Shown here one piece after another: positions 10,279 through 19,321 of a stretch of DNA of 57,467 nucleotides (its first letter is position 1; every line of letters starts with the position of its first letter). Source of the stretch: Desulfurococcaceae archaeon (GTDB lineage Archaea > Thermoproteota > Thermoprotei_A > Sulfolobales > Acidilobaceae); the NCBI GenBank assembly GCA_020833325.1, contig JAJHQN010000001.1, forward strand, positions 1 to 57,467, in the 5' to 3' direction. Under the pieces are notes generated by a model, which made no database searches, was not told the origin of the DNA, and worked only from the letters and a program-made list of their open reading frames with translations. A program made the translations under genes and the position numbers.

Positions 10279-12378
10279 TTAGTGTGGGTTTAATTTGATC
10301 TTAGCATCTAATGCTACGAGCTTGCCTTCTTTTGTTAGTGCTAATGGGTTTACATCTATTTCTTCTATCTCCTCCACCTGCTCTACTATCTTCCCTACGC
10401 GTGCTATTGTTTCTGCTAGTTTTACCGGTTCTAGTTTGACTCCTCTATAGCCATCTACTAGCTTCCATATCCTCGTCTCCTTTATCATCTCGACGGCCTC
10501 CTCTAGGGTTAGTGGTGCTAGTCTAAACGCTACTTCTTCGAGGAGTTCTACCATGTAGCCTCCTAGCCCTACCATAACTGTGGGGCCTAGGAGTTTATCT
10601 CTTAGAGCTCCTACAGCTATCTCCGCCACATGTTCTACGTGCTCCTCCACTAGAATACCTGTTAGTGGTATATCCGCTTTCCTTGAAAGTTCTAGGAGCT
10701 TTGAACATTCGCTAGCCACCGTCCCCGGGTCTCTTAATCCCATCACAACCCCTCCTATATCGCTTCTATGGAGCATTCGCGGTGATACAATCTTCAAGAC
10801 GACGGGATAGCCTAGCTTCTCCGCTATGTCGATAGCCTCCCTGCATTCTAAGGCTAGCTCGTACCTCGGTATTTCAATGTTATATGCTCTGAGTACACTC
10901 TTAGCCTCATGCTCTCCTAGCGTCAACCTACCCTCCTCTAGAGCTCCTCTAACAAGCTTTCTAGCGGTGGTCACAGCCTCATCTGGTACCGTAACCTCAG
11001 CTCCACGCTCTCCTCTACTAAGATTTGCTAGTCTAAGTAAAGCTAATACCATGATCGAAGCCTCCTCTGGGCTGAAAGCCACGGGGAGCCCGGAGAGCCT
11101 AAGCTTTAAAGCTAGATCTCTCGAATACCCACTACCAGATACTAGGATGACTACGGGGATTCCGCTATCCCCAAGGTATTTAGCGTACTCTACAAAGCTA
11201 TCAACATCCATAGCCACTGTTTGTGGCTGGTTAACAACAACTAGGATATCTACTACCTTAGAGCTTAGGAGCTCCTCCACAACTCTCCTATACAAGCTTG
11301 TAGGGGCGGCACCTGATAGATCTAGGGGGTTACCTAACGCCATATAGCCTGGTATTACGCTCCTAAGCTTAGATATAAGCTCCTCGGGGAGGCCGGCCAA
11401 CCTTAAACCCCTACGCTCAATAGAGTCCGATAGGAGGACTCCCATACCGCCAGTGTTTGTTACAACAACGATCCTATCACCTTTAGGCCTAACCTTAACC
11501 CTACCTAGAACCTCAAGTACGGATACAAACTCCCCTAGGCTCCCAACCCTTATAACTCTAGCTTGACTTAAAGCTCCATCCAACACCCTAGCTTTTGTTG
11601 TTAGTGCAGCTACATGGGTTGAAGCGGCTTTCGATCCGGCCTCGCTTAAACCACCAACTAGGACTATCACTGGTTTAACTGTACTAGCCCTTCTAAGAGC
11701 TCCTAGTAGCCTCCTACCCTCCTTAACACTCTCAAGGTACAATCCTATAACCTCGGTTTTAGCATCTAGGGTTAGGAGCTCCACTAACTCCCACATCTCG
11801 ATATCTGAGGCGTTACCAATGCTAGCGAATCTCCTAAGACCTACGAGCCTCTCCCCCATTAGATCGAGTATTAGACTCCCCAGAGCTCCGGATTGCGATA
11901 TAAGGGAAACCCCTCCCTTCAACGGCATTAGCTGCCTCTCTGTTGACACAAAAGTAGCGTTTAAAGGAGTTTCAGTATCAACTACACCTACACTGTTAGG
12001 GCCTAGGAGCCTTATGCCATACCTCCTAGCTATCCTCACAACCTCCTCTTCAAGATCACCCCTACCGGCTTCGCTAAAACCACCACTATACACTATAGCA
12101 CTCCTAACCCCCACTCTACCGCAATCCTCTAGAACCTCTGGAACACTACTAGAAGGCGTTATGATAAGAGCTAGGTCAACAGTACCAGGCACATCCGACA
12201 ATCTCTTATAGACATTCCTACCTAGCACAACCCCACCTCTAACATTAACAAGATACACGGGCCCCTTGAAGCTTGAGAGGACATTTAAAGCAAGCCCTCT
12301 ACCAAGAGATCCAGGCCGGTCACTAGCCCCGATTACAGCAACACTTCTAGGTTTGAAGAGCTCTTCTAACATCACCAC
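10279..12378 (-). CDS. ADP-forming acetyl-CoA synthetase (fused alpha/beta, NDP-forming acyl-CoA synthetase family)
   Basis: N-terminal CoA-binding motif SVAVIGASDRPGSLG, succinyl-CoA-synthetase-like middle part, C-terminal ATP-grasp part; 699 aa. Confidence 0.85.
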   Translation of the reverse strand: MVMLEELFKPRSVAVIGASDRPGSLGRGLALNVLSSFKGPVYLVNVRGGVVLGRNVYKRLSDVPGTVDLALIITPSSSVPEVLEDCGRVGVRSAIVYSGGFSEAGRGDLEEEVVRIARRYGIRLLGPNSVGVVDTETPLNATFVSTERQLMPLKGGVSLISQSGALGSLILDLMGERLVGLRRFASIGNASDIEMWELVELLTLDAKTEVIGLYLESVKEGRRLLGALRRASTVKPVIVLVGGLSEAGSKAASTHVAALTTKARVLDGALSQARVIRVGSLGEFVSVLEVLGRVKVRPKGDRIVVVTNTGGMGVLLSDSIERRGLRLAGLPEELISKLRSVIPGYMALGNPLDLSGAAPTSLYRRVVEELLSSKVVDILVVVNQPQTVAMDVDSFVEYAKYLGDSGIPVVILVSGSGYSRDLALKLRLSGLPVAFSPEEASIMVLALLRLANLSRGERGAEVTVPDEAVTTARKLVRGALEEGRLTLGEHEAKSVLRAYNIEIPRYELALECREAIDIAEKLGYPVVLKIVSPRMLHRSDIGGVVMGLRDPGTVASECSKLLELSRKADIPLTGILVEEHVEHVAEIAVGALRDKLLGPTVMVGLGGYMVELLEEVAFRLAPLTLEEAVEMIKETRIWKLVDGYRGVKLEPVKLAETIARVGKIVEQVEEIEEIDVNPLALTKEGKLVALDAKIKLNPH

Positions 12379-12393
12379 CAGCTCTCAGCTAGC

Positions 12394-12669
12394 CTACCCT
12401 GTTAAGGCTTGCTCAACAGCTATCTCCGGGTTAAAGCTGATGTATTGAACCATACTACCCCTTATTATAGCCCTCCCAAGCTTAGCTACAACCTGCCTAC
12501 TACCCCTAACCTCCACCACATCCTCTAATATAAGATTCATAGTGTTATCAGTTATCTTCAACACCCCCACATACTCGCTACCATCCTTCAGCTTAACGTA
12601 GATAAGCGAGTTAACAGCATCCTTCAGGTACTTCAGCGGATTCACAAGCCCCTCAGCCATCAAGTACAC
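12394..12669 (-). CDS. Sm-like (LSm) archaeal RNA-binding protein
   Basis: Sm1-like GVLKITDNTMNLILEDV and Sm2-like IIRGSMVQYI; 15 nt upstream of the ACS start, so probably co-transcribed; the true start may be Met at 12660. Confidence 0.8.
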   Translation of the reverse strand: MYLMAEGLVNPLKYLKDAVNSLIYVKLKDGSEYVGVLKITDNTMNLILEDVVEVRGSRQVVAKLGRAIIRGSMVQYISFNPEIAVEQALTG

Positions 12670-13139
12670 CTCTACTCAAACACCACGGTTCAATGCTATT
12701 AGCTAGGTTTAAAAGCCTTACCATGCAGTCACCCCCAGGACAACAGCAACTACACCCCCATCTCGTTAATCGCGAAGCTAACGTACAACCCGTAGAATCT
12801 AAGGCCTATGGGAAAGAGAACTACACGGGAAGGAATCTGCTCCAAGGAAGTCCTCAAGCACCATCACTAGAGCTAAGGCCTTTTAAGCTTCATGATTACC
12901 TGTATCACTCATATACTTTTGTAAGTGAAATCTCTTCAAACCTTGAAACTAGTATAGACGTATAGGTTTGAATTCTAAAACCTCCCATGCTACTCTTGTG
13001 CACACTAAGACCGGAGAGGTTTGAGGCCTACAAGCATTCTAAGCTCAGTTTACCCGGAGGGGAGTTGATATACCCTCAGGTGACTGGAAGGCTAGAGCTC
13101 CCCTAGAGTGATATTAAAGTCTAGCAAATCTCGCCTTTC

Positions 13140-13420
13140 AATGCGGGGTAGGACCTAAGCGTCAACAAACCTTTAGAGCGTAAAGCCTTTTTTAACACCC
13201 AGGGGTGTACTGCTAGGGTGGTGATGAGGCTCGATTGAAGTCGAGGGTTTGGGGTCGCGAGGTTAAACCCCGCCTTGGAGCACAACGTATCCCCGGGCTC
13301 GGATGAGATGTTGGAAATCATAATCCCCCACCTGGAGGGGTGACACCCTAGACCTAGGGGTTCGAAACCCCGTCCTAGAAGGGCGGGTAGGGGTCGTCTA
13401 GGTCTTGTTAACTGTTGAGA
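13140..13420. ncRNA. GC-rich structured ORF-free block, unclassified RNA candidate
   Basis: No credible ORF between the Sm and FAU-1 genes. Plus-strand tRNA-like T-arm GGGG-TTCGAAA-CCCC (13357-13371). 8-bp helix AGACCTAG/CTAGGTCT (13350-57 / 13398-405). GTGATGA (13221-27) next to hairpin CTCGA-TTGAAG-TCGAG. Strand not resolved. Confidence 0.35.
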
Positions 13421-13461
13421 GTCTGGGTGGCGGGGATCTGAAGCTGGTGGAAAAGGAGAGA

Positions 13462-14883
13462 CTACGAGCTATTATCTGAGAAGCGGTAAAGCTGTGCTAT
13501 TCTCCTAGCTACCCTCCCAGCTTCTTCAACTGCCTTCTCGTATAAATCTCTTGTTACCAGGTTTTCCTGTAGAGCTCTTTCTAGCTCCTCGGAATCTTTG
13601 ATCTCAGGCTCTTCTCCGGGCTTCTTAATGACGTCGATGTAGAGGTCTAGGTATCTTATTGATTTAAATCCTATCTCAGCTGGGGTGTTAATGTTAACGT
13701 AGACTCCTAGGAGTTTTCCATCCTTGCTATAGTACTCGTGGATTGTATGCCATTCTCTAGTGTCAATTATGGTTCTAGAGTAGTCTCCGGGCTTCTTTTC
13801 CACATTAAGCCCGTCTAGGGTTCCAGGTGTTTTGAAGACTCTTGTAAGCACCATTCTAACACTATCGCCTACAGTGTAGCTGTCCACGGTGAACGGACCT
13901 AGGCTGGCTTTCCTACCATCCGGGATTCTATGGTCTATGGTGACCTTCCTACCTTTCAGGTTTGAAGCTATATATGATATTATAGCTAGGCCTATCCTGC
14001 TCGTGGCATAGCCTAGCCTTAGGGATTCCTCGCTGAAGTCGACTAAGCTGGATTCCTCGAAGCCCCCTGCTTTGAGGGAGTGGTGGTACTCTATTGTGGG
14101 GTGTATCTTAGATCTAATGTTGTCGAGTAGGCTCTTAGCAGGGGATGTAATGTAGATTAATGATATGTACTCGCCTCTAGCTAAAATCCTTGGCTCTCGC
14201 TGAGGGGGGTCGCTTGCTAACCTCATAGCCATCTCAGCTAAGCTCCTAGCCTCGCTTGCTACCTCTACAGGCTCCCCGTACTTACTATTACTTCTAAATC
14301 TAACGTGAACCCTCGATATATCAACTTCAGCCTTAATAGACTCAACTAGTTCAAGCCTCCTAGCATCATCTCTAACATGCTCGCTGAAACTAAAACCATC
14401 ACCTGGAGTGTACACTGTAGTGTAAAGACCCACAAGTGCAACACCACTCCTTACAAAAACGGGATCCCCTCTAGATAGCGACTCTTTAACAACATAACCT
14501 CTAATAACCTCGCCTTTCGGAGGACACTCCCCCTGAACAAGACCTTCAACACCTCCAGGTAGTAGGGCTTTACAATCACCTAAGCTTACAGCATCAACAA
14601 CAGTATATAGCCCCAGCCTACCCCTCCTAACACTAACGTATCTTAACTCCTCAACTATAGCCTCCTCAACCTCTCTACCATAATCCCAAGGGCTACCTAG
14701 GACTAATAGCGTATCAGCATCATCATCAACACTTTTAACTGTAATCTCAGCTGGGCCCTCGACAACAGGTTGTCTAAGCCTATCCCTTAGAACGTCGCTT
14801 ACATCGGCTAGCATGAAACCCCTATCAACCAACACCTGGGAGAGAGCGGTAGCATATATACCCCTAACTCTAACTCTGATCAA
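13462..14883 (-). CDS. FAU-1-like RNA-binding protein / RNase E/G-like (DUF402 C-terminus)
   Basis: N-terminus IRVRVRGIYATALSQVLVDRGF and about 470-aa length match my recollection of archaeal FAU-1 proteins. Confidence 0.7.
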   Translation of the reverse strand: MIRVRVRGIYATALSQVLVDRGFMLADVSDVLRDRLRQPVVEGPAEITVKSVDDDADTLLVLGSPWDYGREVEEAIVEELRYVSVRRGRLGLYTVVDAVSLGDCKALLPGGVEGLVQGECPPKGEVIRGYVVKESLSRGDPVFVRSGVALVGLYTTVYTPGDGFSFSEHVRDDARRLELVESIKAEVDISRVHVRFRSNSKYGEPVEVASEARSLAEMAMRLASDPPQREPRILARGEYISLIYITSPAKSLLDNIRSKIHPTIEYHHSLKAGGFEESSLVDFSEESLRLGYATSRIGLAIISYIASNLKGRKVTIDHRIPDGRKASLGPFTVDSYTVGDSVRMVLTRVFKTPGTLDGLNVEKKPGDYSRTIIDTREWHTIHEYYSKDGKLLGVYVNINTPAEIGFKSIRYLDLYIDVIKKPGEEPEIKDSEELERALQENLVTRDLYEKAVEEAGRVARRIAQLYRFSDNSS

Positions 14884-14937
14884 GACCTACAACCTCCCCA
14901 TCCTAGATTCTACAAACATGTAAGGTCACATCGAATA

Positions 14938-15213
14938 TCAATCCTTAACAGTTTCAAGCACTGATATAACCTGCCATATCCTAGTCCTAGCGTGGAACGG
15001 CATGTTGGGATCCTGGCTAACATCGTCTAGAATGCTTATAGCGTTAGCCGCTCTAACACCAAAAGATAACCTCGTATCCCTAAGCTGCGTGAGAGCATTA
15101 ACAGCAGCCCTCCTAATATTCCTTGGAACACCGGTATCATTGATTATAGAGGCTAGTAATGTCATAGCATACTTAACCTTAGCCTCGTTAGCCGTTTGAA
15201 CATCCGTGGACAC
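14938..15213 (-). CDS. Small helical archaeal protein (UPF0147-like)
   Basis: 91 aa; [12 protein letters not shown] motif as I recall it for UPF0147. Confidence 0.55.
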   Translation of the reverse strand: MSTDVQTANEAKVKYAMTLLASIINDTGVPRNIRRAAVNALTQLRDTRLSFGVRAANAISILDDVSQDPNMPFHARTRIWQVISVLETVKD

Positions 15214-15396
15214 CTTAAACCACCCCCTCCCCTAAAATAGCATTAAACACGTTTAAACAATATAAGCCTTTAATAACACCTCACACTCCCAATCATTAAC
15301 CGGGGAGTTAAACGAGCATTCGAAAGCCTAGAATCTAGAGCTTGTTCGATGATGGTTTCCCATGTGTAAAGCTTAAAGCTATCAGACTTTCTTCCC

Positions 15397-16236
15397 ATGT
15401 GGGTGGAGTTTCATCTCCGGGGGTTTTCGGAGGTGTATCTTAAGCCTAGAAAGAGCTTGCCTGATGTAGGGGAGCTCGTTGTAGGTACCGTTAGAACTGT
15501 TATGGATATGGGGGCTTACCTAGAGTTGGATGAGTATGGTGGTTTACAGGCTTTTCTACCGTGGAGCGAGGCTACATCTAGGTCTGTTAGGAGTATTGAG
15601 GATGTTGTTAGGGAGGGTCAGAGGGTTGTGGTTAAGGTTATTAGGGTTGATAGGGTTAAAAAGCATGTTGATGTTAGCCTTAAAAGGGTTATGGAGGGTG
15701 AGAGGAGGAGGAAGATGGCTTTCTACAAAAGATATGTTAAAGCAGCCTCCCTGATAACATTGTTAGCCGAGAAGCTCGGTAGGAGTGTTGATGAAGCGTA
15801 CAGGGATGTCCTGTGGAAGCTTGAGGACGCCTACGGGGATCCCATGGTGGGGCTTGAAAGGGCTGTTTTAGAGGGGGAGCAAGCTCTTAGGAGCTCCGGT
15901 ATCCCAGAGTACTGGGTTGAACCCCTCCTTGATATAGCTAGGACTCATGTGGAGGTTAAGGTTGTAAGGGTATCAGGTATACTCACAGTTAGATCCACAG
16001 CTAGCGATGGACTATACAGGGTTAGAAGCTTCCTCTTAAAGGTTAGGGAGTTGTTTGAGGGAGAGCCTAAGATTAAAGCAAGGCTCTACACTGTAGGAGC
16101 TCCGAGATACAGGGTGGATGTGGAAGGCCACGACTTCAAAACACTAGAGTCAACTCTTAAGAGGGTTTTAGAGGAGGCGGCTAGAGAAGCTGAGAAACTA
16201 GGGTTAGAGTTTAACTTCGAAAGGCTTAAAGAGTAG
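15397..16236 (+). CDS. eif2a: Translation initiation factor aIF2 alpha subunit
   Basis: N-terminal S1 fold GELVVGTVRTVMDMGAYLELDEYGGLQAFLPWSE; followed directly by Nop10 as in many archaea; the true start may be slightly downstream. Confidence 0.9.
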   Translation: MWVEFHLRGFSEVYLKPRKSLPDVGELVVGTVRTVMDMGAYLELDEYGGLQAFLPWSEATSRSVRSIEDVVREGQRVVVKVIRVDRVKKHVDVSLKRVMEGERRRKMAFYKRYVKAASLITLLAEKLGRSVDEAYRDVLWKLEDAYGDPMVGLERAVLEGEQALRSSGIPEYWVEPLLDIARTHVEVKVVRVSGILTVRSTASDGLYRVRSFLLKVRELFEGEPKIKARLYTVGAPRYRVDVEGHDFKTLESTLKRVLEEAAREAEKLGLEFNFERLKE

Positions 16237-16244
16237 TGTTGCAT

Positions 16245-16415
16245 ATGAACTGGCTCATGAGGAAGTGTGTTAGATGCGGGAGATACACGTTGAGAAGAGA
16301 TACATGCCCCTACTGTGGTGGAGAACTAATAGTACCCCACCCTCCAAGGTATTCTCCACAGGATAAGTACGTTGAGTACAGGTATAAGCTCAAAAAGGAG
16401 AAAGGCCTGCTCTAG
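16245..16415 (+). CDS. nop10: H/ACA RNP protein Nop10
   Basis: 56-aa ORF absent from the supplied track (below its length cutoff): MNWLMRKCVRCGRYTLRRDTCPYCGGELIVPHPPRYSPQDKYVEYRYKLKKEKGLL, with the CxxC...CxxC zinc ribbon and HPPR(F/Y)SP motif. Confidence 0.85.
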   Translation: MNWLMRKCVRCGRYTLRRDTCPYCGGELIVPHPPRYSPQDKYVEYRYKLKKEKGLL

Positions 16416-16451
16416 CCCACGTAACTTCAAACAATAGTGTGAGAGATCCCG

Positions 16452-17016
16452 CTACCTCCTCATAACAAGCAATCCTACAATTAGAGCTCCTAAAACAATA
16501 ATCACTATGGCTACAACAGATAGAATCACACCCCACGTTAACCTCTCCCCACCCCTAACAGCCTCAGGAGCAGGCGTTGTAACCTGCGGTGGTGACGTGG
16601 GTGTAGTGAGGGTCGTTGGAGGTGTTGTAGCCCCCGGTGCTTGTAGCAATGATGCTAGGTAGCTCTCCACCACCTTAACATTCGGGTCGTCAGGCTTCTT
16701 CCCAACATATCCAGCCATTACTGTGAATAGCTCATCCCAGGATTTAGTCTCAGCCCCGACCCTAGCCTTAACCCTCTGTGATATCTCAGCCTTCACGAAC
16801 TCGTCCAGGTTAGGATATTTGCCAGCCGCACTCCTGAACATAGATACCATTTCATCCCAAGGAGGGGCTATACCGCCCCTCGCATGGCAAGCAGTACAGC
16901 CGAGGCGTTCGAAAGCAGATATTAGCTTCAGCCTCACTAGGCTGAGCTAGAGAAGCCAAGATCGATGAGGTGAGTAGAGCTCCAATAACTGAGACTAGCA
17001 GTAGGGCTCTAATCAT
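16452..17016 (-). CDS. Membrane-anchored CXXCH (class-I cytochrome-c-like) protein, interrupted by a frameshift
   Basis: Mature part (16452-16937) has GCTACH, a later FTVMAGY Met, a YLASL tail, a TP-rich linker and a C-terminal TM. The signal peptide MIRALLLVSVIGALLTSSILASLA starts at ATG 17016 behind GGAGGAG but lies in another frame. Confidence 0.5.
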
Positions 17017-17245
17017 ATTAAGCTCCTCCCTCCAGGAAGAGCTGGCAGTCCTAAGGCTTAATAACAAGTGGTATATACGTTTTATTACTTGTTACCTGTT
17101 AAGTTTACACTTGTCTTTTGACTCTCTCAGAGCTTGGAGAATTATATGCTGTGATCTCTTTCCAAGTGATTGGCGGTGGTATTGCTTGTTCAAGGTGGTT
17201 GGGAGAGAGAGGGTTGGGAGGAGTAGGTATTCAAGGTATATTGTT

Positions 17246-19264
17246 ATGTTTTCAACTAGGTGGCCTGAGGGAGCTCGTAGCGTTTATCTTGTATCTACGT
17301 TTACCTCACTCTATCCTGGTAGGTTTGAGCTGGCACGTTTCAGGGATAAGGGTATTCTAATGCTAAGTTTATGGGACGATCTATATCCCTACTGGTTTTC
17401 CGTTAATGGTTTCTCCTTAGACCTCGATGGTGACAATGATGAGAGGGTGCAGGTTAGGTTGGCTGGTTTAGAGAGACCTCTTGAGGCCTCACTTGCAAGG
17501 ATTGGTGTTAACGATTACGCCATGGCCTCTAGTGGTTTAAGGGATTGGGTTGATCTAGTGGTTCACGATGAGAGGAGCCCTATTTTCATCTCAAAGATGG
17601 AGGAGTATACGGTTTTAAGGTTATGGTTGCCTAGAGGTGTTGTTGATAATGTGATACTTGAATATAAGGGCTCAGGCCAAGGGGGTTTTGTTGAAAGTGA
17701 TATGGAATTGGTTGGGAGGAGTAGGTATAAGGATTACTATGAGGTGTGGGTGAAAGGGGGTGTTGAGGGCTACCTTTTCAAGCTTAGGGTTGACGGTAAA
17801 GTTGTTCTCTTCGGTAGAGATGGTGTAGGAGACGGAGCCCCGATAACCCCTGGTGTGCCGCTAGGGTATAACGAGATACCGTGGTGGGTTGGAGCCACAT
17901 ACTATATGGTGTTTGTTGATAGCTTTGAGAGAGCTATTGAAAAGAAGGGTGTTAAGTTAATCGATGTCTACGAGCCTAGGGAGCCCGGATACTATGGAGG
18001 GGATTTGATTGGCTTGCTTAGGAGGATTGATCATGTAAAGTGGTTGGGCTTCGACGCTCTATATCTAACCCCTATCTATGTCTCAGCATCCTATCATAGA
18101 TACGATGTTATAGATCATTTCTCCGTAGATCCACTATTAGGAGGCGAGGAGGCGTTCGAGAAGCTCCTAGAGGTTTTAAGGTCTAACGAGTTGAAGCTAG
18201 TCTTAGACATAGTAGTCCATCACACATCGCCATGCCATAAGAGTTTCCTGGAGCTCCTAAACAAGGATGTAAATAGGATGTACAGGCTGGTTAGGCGTGT
18301 TGGTGAGGTAGAAGAGAGAGTATTGAGGAAGCTCGGGGAGTTCATAGATAGAGGTTGTAGGGGTAGGATCGGGTTAGAACATGAAAGGAAACCCTTCTAC
18401 GAGTCGTTCGCAAGCACATGGCATATGCCTAAACTGGATCACAGCAAATCACATGTCAGGAGTTATGTTAAAAGAATCCTATCACATTGGCTTAAGAAGG
18501 GAGCTGATGGTTTCAGATTCGATGTAGGCCACGCTATCCCAGATGGTTTCATGAAAGAATACTATGATCATGTTAAGAGGGTGAAGGGAGACGCTGTCGT
18601 CATAGCGGAGGTCACGGTAGGAGTTGATAGCTACCCTCTAGGAACCACTATGGACTCGGCGACAAACTACGATCTTAGAGAGAACCTGGTAAAGTTCTTC
18701 GTGCTAAGAGAGCTTAACGCTCATGATATGGAGGGATTGCTAGCTAAACAGTACTCTAGGATACCCGTAACCTCGGCATTATCTCTCATAAACCTACTTG
18801 GAAGCCATGATACACCGAGGATTAAGACTATAGCTATGGAATGCTATCCGGATTGCATTAAGAGGATGTACTTCACACTCTTCATACTACCGGGAGCTCC
18901 CGCAATATACTATGGTGATGAGATTGGAATGGAGGGCTCTGGAGATCCAGATTGTAGAAGACCCATGATATGGGATGTGGATAGATGGGATAAAGATCTC
19001 TTAAACTACATTAAGAGGCTTCTAGATGTTAGGAGGAGGCTTAAGGCTTTAAGATATGGTAGCTTTAAAGTTAGAGCTCTAGACGAGGACACCATGGCGG
19101 TGTACAGGAGCTATGAGGGAGAGCATGTTCTAGGTATTGTAACTCGTGAGAAGCGAGTGAACTCTGTAGAACTAGGTCTAGGCGGTGTAAGAGAGGTTTT
19201 AGTGGGCTCTGTTAACTATGGCAATGTGGTACTAGAGGGTGGTGTTGCACTATTAATGATATGA
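17246..19264 (+). CDS. GH13 alpha-amylase-family enzyme (cyclomaltodextrinase/neopullulanase-like), cytoplasmic
   Basis: GH13 regions I DIVVHHTS, II GADGFRFDVGHAIP, III VVIAEV, IV LGSHDTPR; no signal peptide; I start at ATG 17246 because the upstream 92 codons of the track ORF overlap the neighbouring gene and look non-coding. Confidence 0.85.
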   Translation: MFSTRWPEGARSVYLVSTFTSLYPGRFELARFRDKGILMLSLWDDLYPYWFSVNGFSLDLDGDNDERVQVRLAGLERPLEASLARIGVNDYAMASSGLRDWVDLVVHDERSPIFISKMEEYTVLRLWLPRGVVDNVILEYKGSGQGGFVESDMELVGRSRYKDYYEVWVKGGVEGYLFKLRVDGKVVLFGRDGVGDGAPITPGVPLGYNEIPWWVGATYYMVFVDSFERAIEKKGVKLIDVYEPREPGYYGGDLIGLLRRIDHVKWLGFDALYLTPIYVSASYHRYDVIDHFSVDPLLGGEEAFEKLLEVLRSNELKLVLDIVVHHTSPCHKSFLELLNKDVNRMYRLVRRVGEVEERVLRKLGEFIDRGCRGRIGLEHERKPFYESFASTWHMPKLDHSKSHVRSYVKRILSHWLKKGADGFRFDVGHAIPDGFMKEYYDHVKRVKGDAVVIAEVTVGVDSYPLGTTMDSATNYDLRENLVKFFVLRELNAHDMEGLLAKQYSRIPVTSALSLINLLGSHDTPRIKTIAMECYPDCIKRMYFTLFILPGAPAIYYGDEIGMEGSGDPDCRRPMIWDVDRWDKDLLNYIKRLLDVRRRLKALRYGSFKVRALDEDTMAVYRSYEGEHVLGIVTREKRVNSVELGLGGVREVLVGSVNYGNVVLEGGVALLMI

Positions 19265-19321
19265 GTAAGCCGATGTAAGTTATTTAAAATCCCCTCTCAT
19301 CCTATCCTCTGGTGACGGTTC

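Noticed and set aside
12693-12965. 90-aa plus-strand ORF between the Sm gene and the structured block
   Set aside because: It is Gln/Pro/Ser-rich with no motif, no obvious promoter or RBS, and an odd composition. It is probably non-coding. The 66-aa ORF at 13121-13321 (minus strand) runs through the structured block for the same reason.
13357-13378. T-arm-like GGGGTTCGAAACCCC followed by GTCCTAGA as the 3' end of a tRNA gene
   Set aside because: I could not build a D arm, an anticodon arm or a matching 5' acceptor strand within a reasonable distance. The nearest partial complement (GTAGGAC at about 13148) is 230 nt away. I kept it only as a feature of the RNA candidate.
16970-17245. The N-terminal 92 codons of the 764-aa track ORF (GH13 gene)
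   Set aside because: The extension overlaps the cytochrome-like gene's signal-peptide region on the other strand and translates to low-complexity Ser/Leu/Cys/Trp-rich sequence. The GH13 N-domain begins at Met 17246.
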